From a virus (taxonomy: Duplodnaviria > Caudoviricetes): a stretch of DNA of 64,000 bases. The notes beneath the pieces were generated by a model. That model was not told where the DNA came from. It saw nothing but the letters and a program-made list of their open reading frames with translations, and ran no database searches. The DNA is taken from the IMG/VR virus record IMGVR_UViG_3300033233_001970, one strand, 5' to 3'. Each line of letters starts with the position of its first letter. Within the stretch, counting starts at the first letter, position 1. Made by a program: the position numbers and the translations under genes. This document shows, piece after piece, positions 43,678 through 54,888 of this stretch.

Positions 43678-44391
43678 ATGAGTCTCAGCAATAAGTTGAA
43701 TCAGTTGGCGGCTTCCTTCGCAAAGTCGGTGCTCGACGCCATCCGTGGTGAAAAGCTCGAAGAGATTGTCGCCGAGCTCGGTAGCAGCGACATCATCGTC
43801 ATTCCCGACGTGAAGGCGGCGAAGTCGGTGAAGTCGGCGCAGGTAGCGCCCAAAAAGCAAAATGCGCCGGCACCAAAGAAGACCGCTGCTCCCGCGAAGA
43901 AGAGCTCCGGTCGCCTCGCTCGCAGGAGCGACGAAGACATCGCCTCGATGGCCGATGCCATTGCCAAGCTTTGCGCCAAGCATCCTGACGGTCTCCGCGC
44001 CGAGCAGATCCGTGTCGAGCTCGACGTGGACGCGAAGGAAATGCCGAGGCCGATCAAGTACGCGCTCGACAACGGGATGCTCCGTACGACGGGACAGAAG
44101 CGTGCGACGACGTACTTCGCCAAGGGCGCCAAGGGCAGCAAGGCGGCACCCTCGAAGGCCAAAGCGGCAAAGGTCGCGAAGCCGGTGAAGAAGGCGAAGC
44201 CGGTCAAGGCCAAGGCTGCCAAAGCCGAAGCGCCCAAGAAGCGCGGTCGCCCCAAGGGCAGCAAGAACGCGAAAAAGGCCGAGACTTCGTCCAAGAACGG
44301 CAAGGCAGCAAAGGTCTCGAAAGAGGAGCTCGCGGCGATGACGAAGATCGCGTCGGAGTCCACGTCGACGGAAGAAGCTAAGACGGAGTAG
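43678..44391 (+). CDS. histone-H1-like / AT-hook DNA-binding protein
   Basis: K/A/P-rich tails, GRLARRS..HPDGLRAEQIR..GQKRATTYF core, KKRGRPKG AT-hook. Confidence 0.82.
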   Translation: MSLSNKLNQLAASFAKSVLDAIRGEKLEEIVAELGSSDIIVIPDVKAAKSVKSAQVAPKKQNAPAPKKTAAPAKKSSGRLARRSDEDIASMADAIAKLCAKHPDGLRAEQIRVELDVDAKEMPRPIKYALDNGMLRTTGQKRATTYFAKGAKGSKAAPSKAKAAKVAKPVKKAKPVKAKAAKAEAPKKRGRPKGSKNAKKAETSSKNGKAAKVSKEELAAMTKIASESTSTEEAKTE

Positions 44392-45125
44392 TGTGAAAAC
44401 GACGTCGCGCAAAGGCGCGAACGTCTGCAACGCAGGGGAAGAGGTCGTCTTCGTTTACTACGAAGGCGGTCATGATCCTTGCCACGCAGTCGTCAAGCGC
44501 ACGGATGGCCCATGGTCCGCGAACCGTGTCGGCTTCTGTGGTTATGAGCCCTCTTACGGTCCGATGCCGTATTGCATCGAACCGGACGGCGGGCTCTGCC
44601 ACATATGCGCGAAGCACGTCGAGAAGCGAGGCGGCAAATGGGTCGTGAAGAAACACGTCGGCGCGCAGCCGTTCGGGCGCTCGAGACGTCAAGCTTGCGA
44701 TGACTCCTCTTGGGCAGACGACGATTAGTCTTGACAAAAGACGGTACAAGACGGAAAAACATAAGCATGCGCGATAAGTTGAGTTCGACCTATGGGCCCG
44801 ACGCGCCGTGCTTCAGTTGCGAGCAGAGGCCGCAAAAGTACCTGACTGGATTGTGCGAAGGATGCCATCGAGTCGCCTGTAGGATTGGTGGAATTCACGC
44901 TGATAGTGATCAGATCGTCATCCTGTCGGACAAGTGCCCAGATTTCAATCAACGAGCGATCGAATGGCTTGATGACGGGCTCGAGCAAATTCAGGGAATC
45001 GCGCAAATGGTCGTTGACGGCAATTTGCTCGGAACGGATCGCAAAAGACTTGCTGAAATGATTCTCGAGATCGCGGTTCATGCCAGAAAACGAGCCGTCG
45101 ACACCTATCTGAAGGAACCATCGAA

Positions 45126-45620
45126 ATGACACAGGACGAAAGTGTTCTCGAGGCCATTCGTACGCACATCAAGCAGTACGGAAAGCCTCCGCCCGACATG
45201 AAGAAACTCATGGCGATGACGAAGCTGCCGATGAAGACCATTTCGAGATCGGTAGGCCGACTCGCCGATCGCGGTGCCATCATCTACTCGTCGCGCGATT
45301 ACAGTTCGATCCAGATGGGAGTCGAGCTGAAAAAGAACATCGAAAAAGAAATGCTCAAGTCGGTACCAACGGCGCCAAAGAGAAAGTACAAGCGTACGTC
45401 TCCGGCGGCGAAGACCAATGGCCACGCAAAGGAAAACCCAGGTCCATTCGAGATGGTTCAGCCTCCCGACGTCAAACGTGTCGTAGACGTACTCGTGGCC
45501 ATAGACGCGCTCGAGGCTAAGCGCGACGAGCTCATCGGGCAAAGAAAGCGCGTAGACGATGAGATTCTGTTGATCGGAAAAGCGGTAGCTTTGCTATCTG
45601 GTCAAACTGGTCAAAAATGA
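45126..45620 (+). CDS. LexA-like winged-helix DNA-binding protein
   Basis: VLEAIRTHIKQYGKPP..TISRSVGRLADRGAI. Confidence 0.65.
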   Translation: MTQDESVLEAIRTHIKQYGKPPPDMKKLMAMTKLPMKTISRSVGRLADRGAIIYSSRDYSSIQMGVELKKNIEKEMLKSVPTAPKRKYKRTSPAAKTNGHAKENPGPFEMVQPPDVKRVVDVLVAIDALEAKRDELIGQRKRVDDEILLIGKAVALLSGQTGQK

Positions 45621-45799
45621 AAACGAAAAATCCATATTTCACGGTTCCTGAAGCTGCCGATCACGCGAAGGTATCGAGAAGTACCATCGAGCGATGGCGC
45701 AGGAAAAAGAAGAACGCTCTTCCTGTGTACCGAAGAGGCGGTCGGGTACTCATCAGTCGGAAAGATCTAGACGCGTTTATCGAGCCGAAGAGAATGTGA
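45617..45799 (+). CDS. excisionase-like HTH (HTH_17) protein
   Basis: FTVPEAA..VSRSTIERW..LP.YR.GGRVLI.RKDLDAFI. Confidence 0.85.
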   Translation: MKTKNPYFTVPEAADHAKVSRSTIERWRRKKKNALPVYRRGGRVLISRKDLDAFIEPKRM

Positions 45800-46282
45800 C
45801 GGTGCAAATGAGCCTCAGAGACGCCTCGGACGACGGGAAAGGCTTTCCAGGTTTGACCATGAAAGAGCTCACCCAGGCGTGCTCCAACATCGGATTTGAT
45901 CTGACATGCGGAGCGTGTGCGTGCGTATTCTTTACCGGACATGGCGGCGTCTACCCGCACGACGATGCTTGCAAAACAAATCGTTCCGAATCCGATAAAG
46001 GCAAATGAACTGTCAGCATCCGAGGATTACCGGCGTCTGGTGCGCTGATTGTTTTTCGCCGAAATCGATGGAGGAGTTGGAAATGGCACTAAGTAAAGGC
46101 GTCACACTCAAAGGCGCGACGGCAGGTGCGTTCATCGAGATGATGACCGGCAAAGCCCCGAAAAACGAAGACGACGAGTATCTCCGGTACGCGACCGCGA
46201 TCTACATGGAGATGAAGGTCGAGAACACGACCAAGGCCGTGAAGCTGCTCAAAGAGCTCGTGACGTTGAAGGCGCCCAAGTC

Positions 46283-47059
46283 ATGAATCACGAAATGCAC
46301 GACAGCCTCGTTCAGAAGTCGAAGAGCGATACGCAGTATCGAGATTACGGTGTTTCGGGCGTCAAGGTGCATGACGACGGAATTGAGCTCTATATGGCGG
46401 ACAGTGGCTTCATTTACTTGACCAACCTCACGGACGCGCCGTTACCGAAGAAGGGCGACAAGGTTCGTTTCTACGGCAAAGGATTGGGATACCAAGTTCG
46501 AGGGATTGCCAAACTGTCCGCCCATCTCGGATTCGTCGAGTACGTCTACTACTACGAGACCGAAGCGGAGCATCAGGCTCGGCACGAGCGCGAGGTCGCA
46601 GAGTCCAAGACGAAGAAGCAAAAAGACTTCGCCGAAAAGATCGGCGAATTTTCTACCGACGTCGCCAAGCTTCCCGCAGCGTTCCAGAAGCGAATCGAAT
46701 TCTTCATGCGTCGGCAGGAATGGGGGCCGGAATTCGGACCGTACGAGCTCTTCTCGTGTAAAGAAGCGGCGAAGATTGCGCGGGCATGCAAAACGCCAGA
46801 GCAGGTCGCGACGTTCGCGAAACCGAATCTCGGATCGTACAAGAAAGATTCCGAGTTCCAGAAGTTGGCGGTCTCCGATCTCGAATACGAAGAGCATTCC
46901 GGGAACACGTTCGGCATGGCGTGCAGACTCGCGTTTCTGTACCTGAAGGATCCTGATCTGATTCCGAAGGAGCACGGCGCGTTGTGCCCGCTCGTTGGTT
47001 GCCAAGACTACGGGTGCTGGGCAGCAACGGAAGCGGCAAAAGCGGAAAAAGAAGCATGA
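46283..47059 (+). CDS. hypothetical protein
   Basis: 258 aa coupled ORF; HSGNTF, HGALCPLVGC. Confidence 0.7.
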   Translation: MNHEMHDSLVQKSKSDTQYRDYGVSGVKVHDDGIELYMADSGFIYLTNLTDAPLPKKGDKVRFYGKGLGYQVRGIAKLSAHLGFVEYVYYYETEAEHQARHEREVAESKTKKQKDFAEKIGEFSTDVAKLPAAFQKRIEFFMRRQEWGPEFGPYELFSCKEAAKIARACKTPEQVATFAKPNLGSYKKDSEFQKLAVSDLEYEEHSGNTFGMACRLAFLYLKDPDLIPKEHGALCPLVGCQDYGCWAATEAAKAEKEA

Positions 47060-47361
47060 CTCCCGAAGAGCTCAAATCCGCGCACGACCGGAGCTTCCGA
47101 AACAAGCCCAACATCGAGGTGAGCTCGATGTGCGGATGTTTCTTTTGTGGCAAGACGTGCAAGCCGTCCGAGATCAAGGAATGGGTTCGGCGAGACGATA
47201 CCGCGATTTGTCCCCGATGCGGGATCGACTCACTCATCGGTGACGCCTCTGGATTGCCGGTGACGGACGTGCCGTTCCTGAGAGACATGTTCGATCATTG
47301 GTTCGGAACAGGGACGACGGAAGACGGTAAAAAAGTGGGCGCGTGCAAACGCAATTGGTGA
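47056..47361 (+). CDS. conserved zinc-binding protein
   Basis: CGCFFC..EIKEW..TAICPRCGIDSLIGDASG. Confidence 0.8.
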   Translation: MTPEELKSAHDRSFRNKPNIEVSSMCGCFFCGKTCKPSEIKEWVRRDDTAICPRCGIDSLIGDASGLPVTDVPFLRDMFDHWFGTGTTEDGKKVGACKRNW

Positions 47362-47764
47362 GTTGCGCAGGAGCAAACAAAGTTGGAAACTCGAACGACC
47401 AAAATGGCTGACAAGACCATCACCATCCTCATCGGTACGACCAAAACGACGCTCACGATCCAAGAGTGGATTGCGCTGAAAGATCGTATTTCGGTCGCGC
47501 TCAATCGATCTAAGGTGCGATGCGGCGCCTGCGGGCGGCTTACGCTTCCGTTTGCCCAATGCGAGGCGTGTGGCTGCTCACGATGAAGAGCATCGATCCG
47601 CCGCAAATGCCAAAGATCGGCGATGAGGTAGAGATCGCGGCAGACAGCGGCAAGTGGATTCCTGGTGTTGTTACGAAAGTTGACGGCGACTACGTGATGG
47701 GCAGCACGGATTGGTTCGTGTTTTCGCACACGATCCGATCGTATCGCGTGAACTGGAGGTTCAG

Positions 47765-47971
47765 GTGAGCGACACCGAATTGGGAACCTGCGATTTCTGT
47801 GGAGATCGCTATCAACGTGTCGCTGTTTCGGAGCAAGCTAAGGAATCAGGCGCGCGCATCTGCGCGGCTTGCGTCGCGTGGGCAGGCGAACAGCTTAGCC
47901 TGAAGGTCGGCGTGAAAGAGGTGCGCGGACCGCAGCCCAAGAAGGGCGTCGGTGACGGCGACTGCTCGTGA
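47765..47971 (+). CDS. small ClpX-type C4 zinc-finger protein
   Basis: CDFCG..ARICAACV. Confidence 0.5.
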   Translation: MSDTELGTCDFCGDRYQRVAVSEQAKESGARICAACVAWAGEQLSLKVGVKEVRGPQPKKGVGDGDCS

Positions 47972-48905
47972 GGGACTGACGATGGTAGAGATTACCGCCA
48001 TGCTCTGTGGGCTCGCTTTTATTGTAGGTTATCTTATTGGATACAGGAGGCGAGCAATCAACGACGCCCGATCAGGTGTCGCCGCCAGAAGCGATGGCCC
48101 ATACAGGACAGCATCGGAACCACCGGACAGCGTTACGAGCGTCGAAATTGTGCGCACCGAGATGTCTACTGGCGATGCAAAACGGAACCTGCGTTACGAG
48201 AATGCGCTAAGGGTTATCTCACTCAGTCCTGTGCAATATACATGTGAGCAATTTCTCGTAAGAATCGCGAAAGACGCGATCGTTCGTGGACCAGACAACT
48301 ATGAGCATGCGTTACAAGCGATTGTTGCTCGCCGATCGGCTCCCGATGTACCTAATCACGGCCATCTCATCGAGATTGCAAAATTGGCACTTGGATGACA
48401 CGAACGCCGTCGCGAAAGAAAAAAGAGCGCACGATTTCTTTCGACCTCGCGGAAGCGATCGACGAGTACACGGTCGCGCTCAAAATTCACGAAGAAGCAG
48501 TACGCGAAGAACGCGTCACTTCATCCGTTGACGACAAATCTTCTCAAAAAATGCAACGGAGCGCGCGCCCTTCGAGACATAGCTCTTGCCAATCTCAATG
48601 CTGTACTTCTCGGGGACGAAGCATGAAGAAACGAGATGTTCAGGCTGGTGTTGTCAAGGCAAGCCAGAAGAAAACGAAAGAGCTCTACGATCGGATGCGC
48701 ACGGTCGAGTTGCAGTACCGTATTTTGCAGCAAGATTTCATCGAAGCTTCGGGTTGGGTAGAGCTCGGCAACGGTTACTGGATGAAGCATCAAGATTGGC
48801 TGGCCAGCAAAGACACCGGCAATGGTCTCAGGCGCGAAGAGGCCGCGAAGATGGCGTCGTACGAGTTCGATACGCGCATGAAAATCGCGTCGGCGCGTCG
48901 TCGGA

Positions 48906-48935
48906 GGGGAAACTCATGAAGGGGAAACTCATGAA
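48906..48935 (+). repeat. 15-nt tandem duplication of RBS and start codon
   Basis: GGGGAAACTCATGAA x2. Confidence 0.85.
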
Positions 48936-49287
48936 GGTTATCGATCCGAAAACCGATCGCCAAAAACTTCTCATCGACTTCCCGCTAGGCGTCTACGAGC
49001 ACTACAAGGGCGGCCTCTACACGGCCTACAGCGTGTCTTTGCACGAAGAGACGCTCGAGACGCTCGTCCACTACTACGCGCACGAACACAAAACCCGTTG
49101 GACGCGGACGTTCTCGAATTTCAAGGAGACCGTACGTAGTCCCGAAACAGGTCGAGATCGGCCTCGTTTTCGTTTCGATCGGGCAGCGACACAGCTCGAG
49201 TTTCTCGTCGCGTCGCAGAACGAGTACCTTGCTGGCCAGCTCGCGAAGTTCGCGGAGGCGACGGATTACTTTTCGAAGCTGGGTTGA
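48931..49287 (+). CDS. DUF1653-domain protein
   Basis: GVYEHYKGGLY..HEETLETLVHY..WTR..NF. Confidence 0.75.
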   Translation: MKVIDPKTDRQKLLIDFPLGVYEHYKGGLYTAYSVSLHEETLETLVHYYAHEHKTRWTRTFSNFKETVRSPETGRDRPRFRFDRAATQLEFLVASQNEYLAGQLAKFAEATDYFSKLG

Positions 49288-50070
49288 AAAGAGGATCAGA
49301 TGTCAGAAAAGAATCCTTTTTCGCTCATAAGCGCGGTGCTCGGCATGCTTCCAATGATGAAGTTGCCAACGAGCGAAACAGACTGCAACGACCTGAGCGC
49401 GTGGCGTGTGAAAGAGATGCATCCCGAAATGCTTACGGCGGAAGACATCGTCGAACGTACGTTGGCTGTCAAGGAAGTCATCAAAGAGATAGAGCGAGTC
49501 GCAACAGGCACGCCTAAAAAGTGGTGCCGTATAGAAAATTGTCCTGGTTACGCTATGGGGGCGGACGGTCCGCTCAAGGGTCGCGATCTTTGTAGAGCGC
49601 ATTGGGAAACCCAAGAGTCTTTTGCTGCGGCAAAAAGGCACGAGGACGTCGAGCTCGAGATGCACGCTCGGGCGCTTTTCTTGACCGATCCGGAAATCGT
49701 GGAATTCATCTCTCGCAAAGGAGAAGCTGATTTCCGCACGTTCATCGATACGTCGCCATTTCTCAACGTGACGTTCGGTCAGGGCCCGCTAGGCAAAGCT
49801 GCTGAGGTTGCGTGGAATCGAAACGAGCTAGGATGCCGCGAAAGAGCAAGAAGCCGCGCCCGCGCCATCATGAGCATCTTTCGATCGGCGGCCAAGTAAA
49901 TGCCCAATTCTCGACGAGAAGTCGTGTGCGTCAACGTGAAAGATCTCGGAGCGTCGCTCACGGTTGGCAAGGTCTACGAGATTCTCGAAGAGAAAGAGAG
50001 CATGATTCGCATCGTGGACGACACGGGGGGCGACTACTGGCACGACGCGAGCCGATTTGAGGTGAAGTAA

Positions 50071-50574
50071 ATGGACCGGCATTTCTTCAAAATGATGGGG
50101 ATGGAAGAAGAAGCGGCACGCGAAGCAAAGGTGAACGTAGGGCTCAAGTCTGCCCTCGAATCGGACCTGGAGACTTTCGTCGAAAGAACGCCGGTCGAAT
50201 CGTTTGGAAGCGCGCAAGGTCGGTATCGTGCGCGTATCAAGAAATTCGTGCAGGACAAACGACCCTATCCGCGCCTACGCCATCACGTCCTTTGGCTCCT
50301 TCACAACTGCGTCGCGCACCCTGTACTCGCCGTGTTGCCAGATCATGCGACCGTAGAGTTTCACGAGCTGACAAGCCAATGGCTCAATCACCGCGAGCCA
50401 AACATAAACCAATACCGAATCCTTCATTTCAAGGTTCCAGCGATTCCCGATCGCGCGCTTTGGTTTCTGCACAACGCCGTCGCGCATGTGGGCATCGGTC
50501 TTTTCCCATCGAAAGCGACATTCGACTTTCATGACTGGAGCGCTGAAAAAATGAACGTTCCAGGATGGGTGTGA
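50071..50574 (+). CDS. hypothetical protein with duplicated WxLHNxVAH module
   Basis: LWLLHNCVAHP..FHE and LWFLHNAVAHV..FHD. Confidence 0.65.
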   Translation: MDRHFFKMMGMEEEAAREAKVNVGLKSALESDLETFVERTPVESFGSAQGRYRARIKKFVQDKRPYPRLRHHVLWLLHNCVAHPVLAVLPDHATVEFHELTSQWLNHREPNINQYRILHFKVPAIPDRALWFLHNAVAHVGIGLFPSKATFDFHDWSAEKMNVPGWV

Positions 50575-50767
50575 TCGTGACCGCGCACCCTTGCTACCTC
50601 TGCGGCGCCGGCTCCACGCCCGTCGCGCTTTGTTGGACGTGCCGAAGCGATCTCGAGTTTTTGAACCAGCCAGAACCGGACATGGAGTCGACCGAGGAAG
50701 AGATTCGCGCGTGGGCGAAGGCGAACAAGGTCACGGTCTTCTCGTGTGGAAAAAAGTGAGGTAAGTG

Positions 50768-51361
50768 ATGCCTACAGGATATACGGAAATCATCGAGCGT
50801 AAACCCGACCTCACGTTTCGAGAATTCGCTCTCCGGTGTGCGCGCGCCTTCGGCGCGCTCATCATGATGCGCGACGATTCGATGGACGCGGAGATCCCTG
50901 AAAAGTTCGAACCGAGCACGTACCACCGAGATCAGCTCGAAGAAGCAAAGAAGAGGCTCACCGAGACCGAACGCATGACGCTCGACGAGGCTCGTAAAAT
51001 GGAGCTCGAGTCGCATCAGTCGACGCAGCGATCGAACAAGAAATATATGAAGGAGTACGTGGAGAAAAATGCTCTCTACCAACGCATGCTCGATAAGGTG
51101 AACTCCTGGAAACCGCCGTCGAACGATCATGTGAGAATGAAGGAATTCATGGTCGAGCAGATCGATACGTCGATGGGCAAGGCTTACCAGGTGAAGGAGT
51201 GTAGGTACTCACCAAAAGAATGGCGCGACCGAGAAATCGCAGACGCAAAACACGACGTCGAGTATCACGAAAAAGAATGGAAAGAGGAGCTCGATCGAAC
51301 GAAAGTCCGAAACAAATGGCTTTCGGATCTCAAGTCGAGTCTCGACAAGTTCGAAGAATGA
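50768..51361 (+). CDS. conserved phage coiled-coil protein
   Basis: MPTGYT..TFREFALRCARAFGA..W.PP..H..KEFM.EQI. Confidence 0.8.
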   Translation: MPTGYTEIIERKPDLTFREFALRCARAFGALIMMRDDSMDAEIPEKFEPSTYHRDQLEEAKKRLTETERMTLDEARKMELESHQSTQRSNKKYMKEYVEKNALYQRMLDKVNSWKPPSNDHVRMKEFMVEQIDTSMGKAYQVKECRYSPKEWRDREIADAKHDVEYHEKEWKEELDRTKVRNKWLSDLKSSLDKFEE

Positions 51362-51575
51362 GCGACGTCCATTCGCGCAAGCAAGAGGCGCTCGAGCTCG
51401 CTGAACGCGCACGGAGAGAAACGAGAATTGCGGAAATCGTTCAGCGTGTGGTGATGTATCTGGGCGTCTACAAGTGCCCTGTCACGCAAACGGTCGGCGG
51501 CAAAACGATCACGTTCTCGCCGAACGAGAGCCAAAATCAGATGATTGAGAAGATTCGATCGGCACTGGAGAGCAA

Positions 51576-51983
51576 ATGAACCCATTTCGCGAAACAGCCG
51601 AAGACGGCGTCAACAAAACCGAGGTCGTATGTGCTCGGATCCGCGAAAATGCGGAGACGAAACGCAAACTCATCGAGGAGCGTGAAGAGACAAAACGCAA
51701 AGCGATGAATGGTCCAGAGTACGTCGTAGCTAGATTTCTCTTCACGATTGTGACGATCGGATTTTTCGTCCTCGTCGGACTGACGACCAATTCGTACATC
51801 GAGAGCCACAAGCCGGTGTCGCAGATCACGTTTTGTCACGACGAAACACACGGCAATGTGCAAGTGGGTCACGACAAGTGCAGCCACCCGCAGCACGCCG
51901 GTCGTGTCGAAAACAACATCCTCGTTTGCACCTGCGTTCGAGCTGCGTCAGTGCCGTCAGGGAGCGCGACGGATACCCGATGA
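51576..51983 (+). CDS. single-TM Cys-containing membrane protein (paralogue B)
   Basis: ETKRKLIEEREETKR, TM, CHDE..CSHP..CTC. Confidence 0.7.
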   Translation: MNPFRETAEDGVNKTEVVCARIRENAETKRKLIEEREETKRKAMNGPEYVVARFLFTIVTIGFFVLVGLTTNSYIESHKPVSQITFCHDETHGNVQVGHDKCSHPQHAGRVENNILVCTCVRAASVPSGSATDTR

Positions 51984-52418
51984 GCAGTCCGCTCAAAGAT
52001 TTGCTCGAGAAGATGGTGGGCTTGCGTCACGGCTACATGCTCGAGAAAGTGGTGCATGGTCGATCGCGCGGAACGCAAACACAGGCTCCGGACGATCACG
52101 ACTCTTATTGTCGAGCTTGAAAAGATCAAGGCTGTGACGATTCAGGCAACCGGCATTGGTGAGATGATTATCGAGGCAATCATCGAAGGCGACTGGTCAG
52201 AAGCCGAGACGATCGCGGCTGATCTCGAAATTCCGGTAGACGAAAAAGACGTCTTTGGTCGAGACGCGCGTCACCGCGCACTATGGGAGAGTTTCACGAT
52301 CGCGACGCGAACGGCGATTGCCGAAGCCAGTCGCTTGCAACCAGGTGTGAGACCGCGAAGGAACTAGCGCCCGAACGCGACTTGCACTACAACCGAGAGC
52401 CGTCACAAAGGGGAACAG

Positions 52419-53123
52419 ATGGCCATCGAACTGCCTCCTGGTATCACATGCCCGGATTATCAGACCGATCCCAACGATCCGAAAGGAAGACGTTGCCTTC
52501 ACTACGCCGCAGGCGGCGAATGCAGGCACGAAGTACGCGTTCTTCGGCTCGAGACGGTCTGCATCGAGTGGGAAAAGGCGAAGCTAAAGGCGGACGCCGC
52601 CAAGGGTGACGTACAACTAACGAAGGTCGACACGAGTACCCTACGGAGCGCTGCCGAGGTCGCCGTCAAACCTCCGGTGATGCCAGCGTTCAAAACGCCC
52701 TCCGCCGCGTCGCTCATCGCCCTCCCGCCAGGAGCGAGGCCATCCGTCCAGCAGCCTCCGCAACCACCGAACGGCGCTTTCGCGCTCGGAGCGTCGCCGC
52801 CACGCCAAACGGCCGCTGAGCGCGCCAGGGCGGCCTTTACGGGGGTCGAGACCGTCGAGCGGAAGAAGCTCGGCATCCTCGAGCCTCCAGCCTTCACGGC
52901 GGCGAAGGAAATCTCACCCGAGTCGATCGAGGCGCTCGAGAAGGCGGTGGAGGAGATCCATCTCGTGAGCGAAGATTTGGGAGATTTGTGGATCGTGAGA
53001 AAGAAAACCGGAAAAGATAGGCTGGAATTGAGCTTTTCTGAGATGTCTACACTTAGGCTTCTAGTTGATTCATTTCCTGGTGCACGTATCATCAGTGTGG
53101 TACGACCTGATGACGATCGATGA
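52419..53123 (+). CDS. hypothetical protein with Pro-rich linker
   Basis: 234 aa ORF, Cys-rich N-terminus. Confidence 0.65.
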   Translation: MAIELPPGITCPDYQTDPNDPKGRRCLHYAAGGECRHEVRVLRLETVCIEWEKAKLKADAAKGDVQLTKVDTSTLRSAAEVAVKPPVMPAFKTPSAASLIALPPGARPSVQQPPQPPNGAFALGASPPRQTAAERARAAFTGVETVERKKLGILEPPAFTAAKEISPESIEALEKAVEEIHLVSEDLGDLWIVRKKTGKDRLELSFSEMSTLRLLVDSFPGARIISVVRPDDDR

Positions 53124-53956
53124 AAAAGTATACAAAAGATGTGATTGAACGCGTTTTGGCATGCATCCAGAACAATCCTAGCTTTACACGCGTCGTTGTC
53201 GCGGAAAAGTGTCAGGTGCCACTCACGCTTGTTTACGATCTCGCTCGTGGGCGAATACGGAACGTCAGCGCGGTAATAGGTCGCAGGAAAGGCAATCAGC
53301 GACTTACCGCAGAGGACATGTCGCTGGCTACAGTGATGCGGTCAAGAGGGGCGACGTATACTGAGATCGGTAAACATTTAGGCATTAGTAAAGGGCATGC
53401 TCGAAGAATAGCGTTGGACGGCAAGCGAAAAGAAAGCGGTGCCGAGCGTAAACCGAGAACGAAACTTACTAAGGGGAAAATAATTGAACGGTTCCTGAAA
53501 TTGGTGCGAAAGGGGCGCCCGGATGCTTGTTGGCTGTGGCAAGGAATGATTAATGAGGCCGGTTACGGCTGTTATGGCGGAGACCTAAGCCAAGAATATT
53601 TTGGTAGCAATCTTGCGCATCGTATCATTTTTGAGATTGAGCACGGACAGCGCCCTGTCGTCGTTATGCACAAATGTGACAATCCTCCGTGTTGCAATCT
53701 GGCACATTTACTAGGCGGAACGCACGCGGAGAACGCAGAAGATTGTCGAAACAAAGGCAGAAACAAATTACCTCCGGCCTTACAAGGAGGTACGAATCCA
53801 ATCGCAAAGCTCAGCGAAGATCAGGTACGTAAAGTTATTCTTCGTTTAGCCAACGGAGAAAGTCAAACGGAAATAGCGACGGAGCTTAATGTGAGCTCGT
53901 CTCTTATTACCGGAGAAGCGTGGTCGCATGTTTCTCGAGAGCTGGGCAAACTATGA
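53120..53956 (+). CDS. HNH endonuclease with HTH domains (lower-GC insert)
   Basis: CWLWQG..GYG..AHR..VMHKCDNPPCCNLAHL..GTHAEN..KGR. Confidence 0.9.
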   Translation: MKKYTKDVIERVLACIQNNPSFTRVVVAEKCQVPLTLVYDLARGRIRNVSAVIGRRKGNQRLTAEDMSLATVMRSRGATYTEIGKHLGISKGHARRIALDGKRKESGAERKPRTKLTKGKIIERFLKLVRKGRPDACWLWQGMINEAGYGCYGGDLSQEYFGSNLAHRIIFEIEHGQRPVVVMHKCDNPPCCNLAHLLGGTHAENAEDCRNKGRNKLPPALQGGTNPIAKLSEDQVRKVILRLANGESQTEIATELNVSSSLITGEAWSHVSRELGKL

Positions 53957-54888
53957 TGATCGATCTCGAGGATATTCGGCAACGGATCGAAACCGGACCA
54001 GATGACGCGCTCCGTGATCTCGCGCACAAACTCCTCGCCGAAATCGATCGCAGGATTGCTGAGGACAAAGCAACCGATCGCGATCACTTCGTCTCTTCGC
54101 TGAAAAGAAGGCGCTACACCACGGACGAAATCAGAAAAATACTTGTAGCGTACGAGCGGGGCGACAAGTTCGAGTATGAAGAAACAAAGTGCCGAACTTG
54201 CAAAGGCGAAGGCCGGTCGTGGGGAATGACTGGCTGCATGGGAGGCGGGCGTAGCGAAGAGTGTACGGCGTGCTTCGGCAGCGGCAAAGATCGTTACAGC
54301 ATCAAGGTGCCTGCATGACTGCCTGGTTCTACAAGAATTCCCGCATGCTTGCGTCCCTGTCGTTTTTCACGACCTTGACGGTTTTCGTTGTGTTCGAGGT
54401 CCCGATCGCCGTTGCGCTGATCGTTTCGATCCTTACTATCTTCGGCGCGAGCGCGTCGTTCGCTGCGGGTATCGTGTACGAGCGAGAAGGTGAGTAATGA
54501 TCGACGTTTCGTTCATGTGCATCGATCCGCGTCGCGGCGAAGCGGTTGAAATCCGAAAGGCGACGTTACCGGCGATCCCGCGCATAGGCGACAAGGTGAG
54601 GTTTGTTGGCCAGGAATTTGGTGATGATTCGTATGGAACGTGGGACGACAAAGAGCTCGGATGCAAGTCCGGGATGTCGAACTTCGAAGTGTTTGATGTC
54701 GTTTGGGACGATCCTGACGAGAGCGGCGTAAGCATCGAAGTTTACGTCGGGCCTCCGCCGAGCGATTCCGGGTTCGAACCATTCTGCGGCTGCTCCAAGG
54801 AGCAGCGCGACAAATGGAAACCTGGGGACGATGGCCGGTGTGAGAATTGCGGCAGGAAGCGTCGCGATAGCGCGAGAGGAGAATAGTT

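Noticed and set aside
44731-44766. Fifth copy of the phage promoter
   Set aside because: TTGACA-AAAGACG is similar, but there is no acceptable -10 at 16-18 nt
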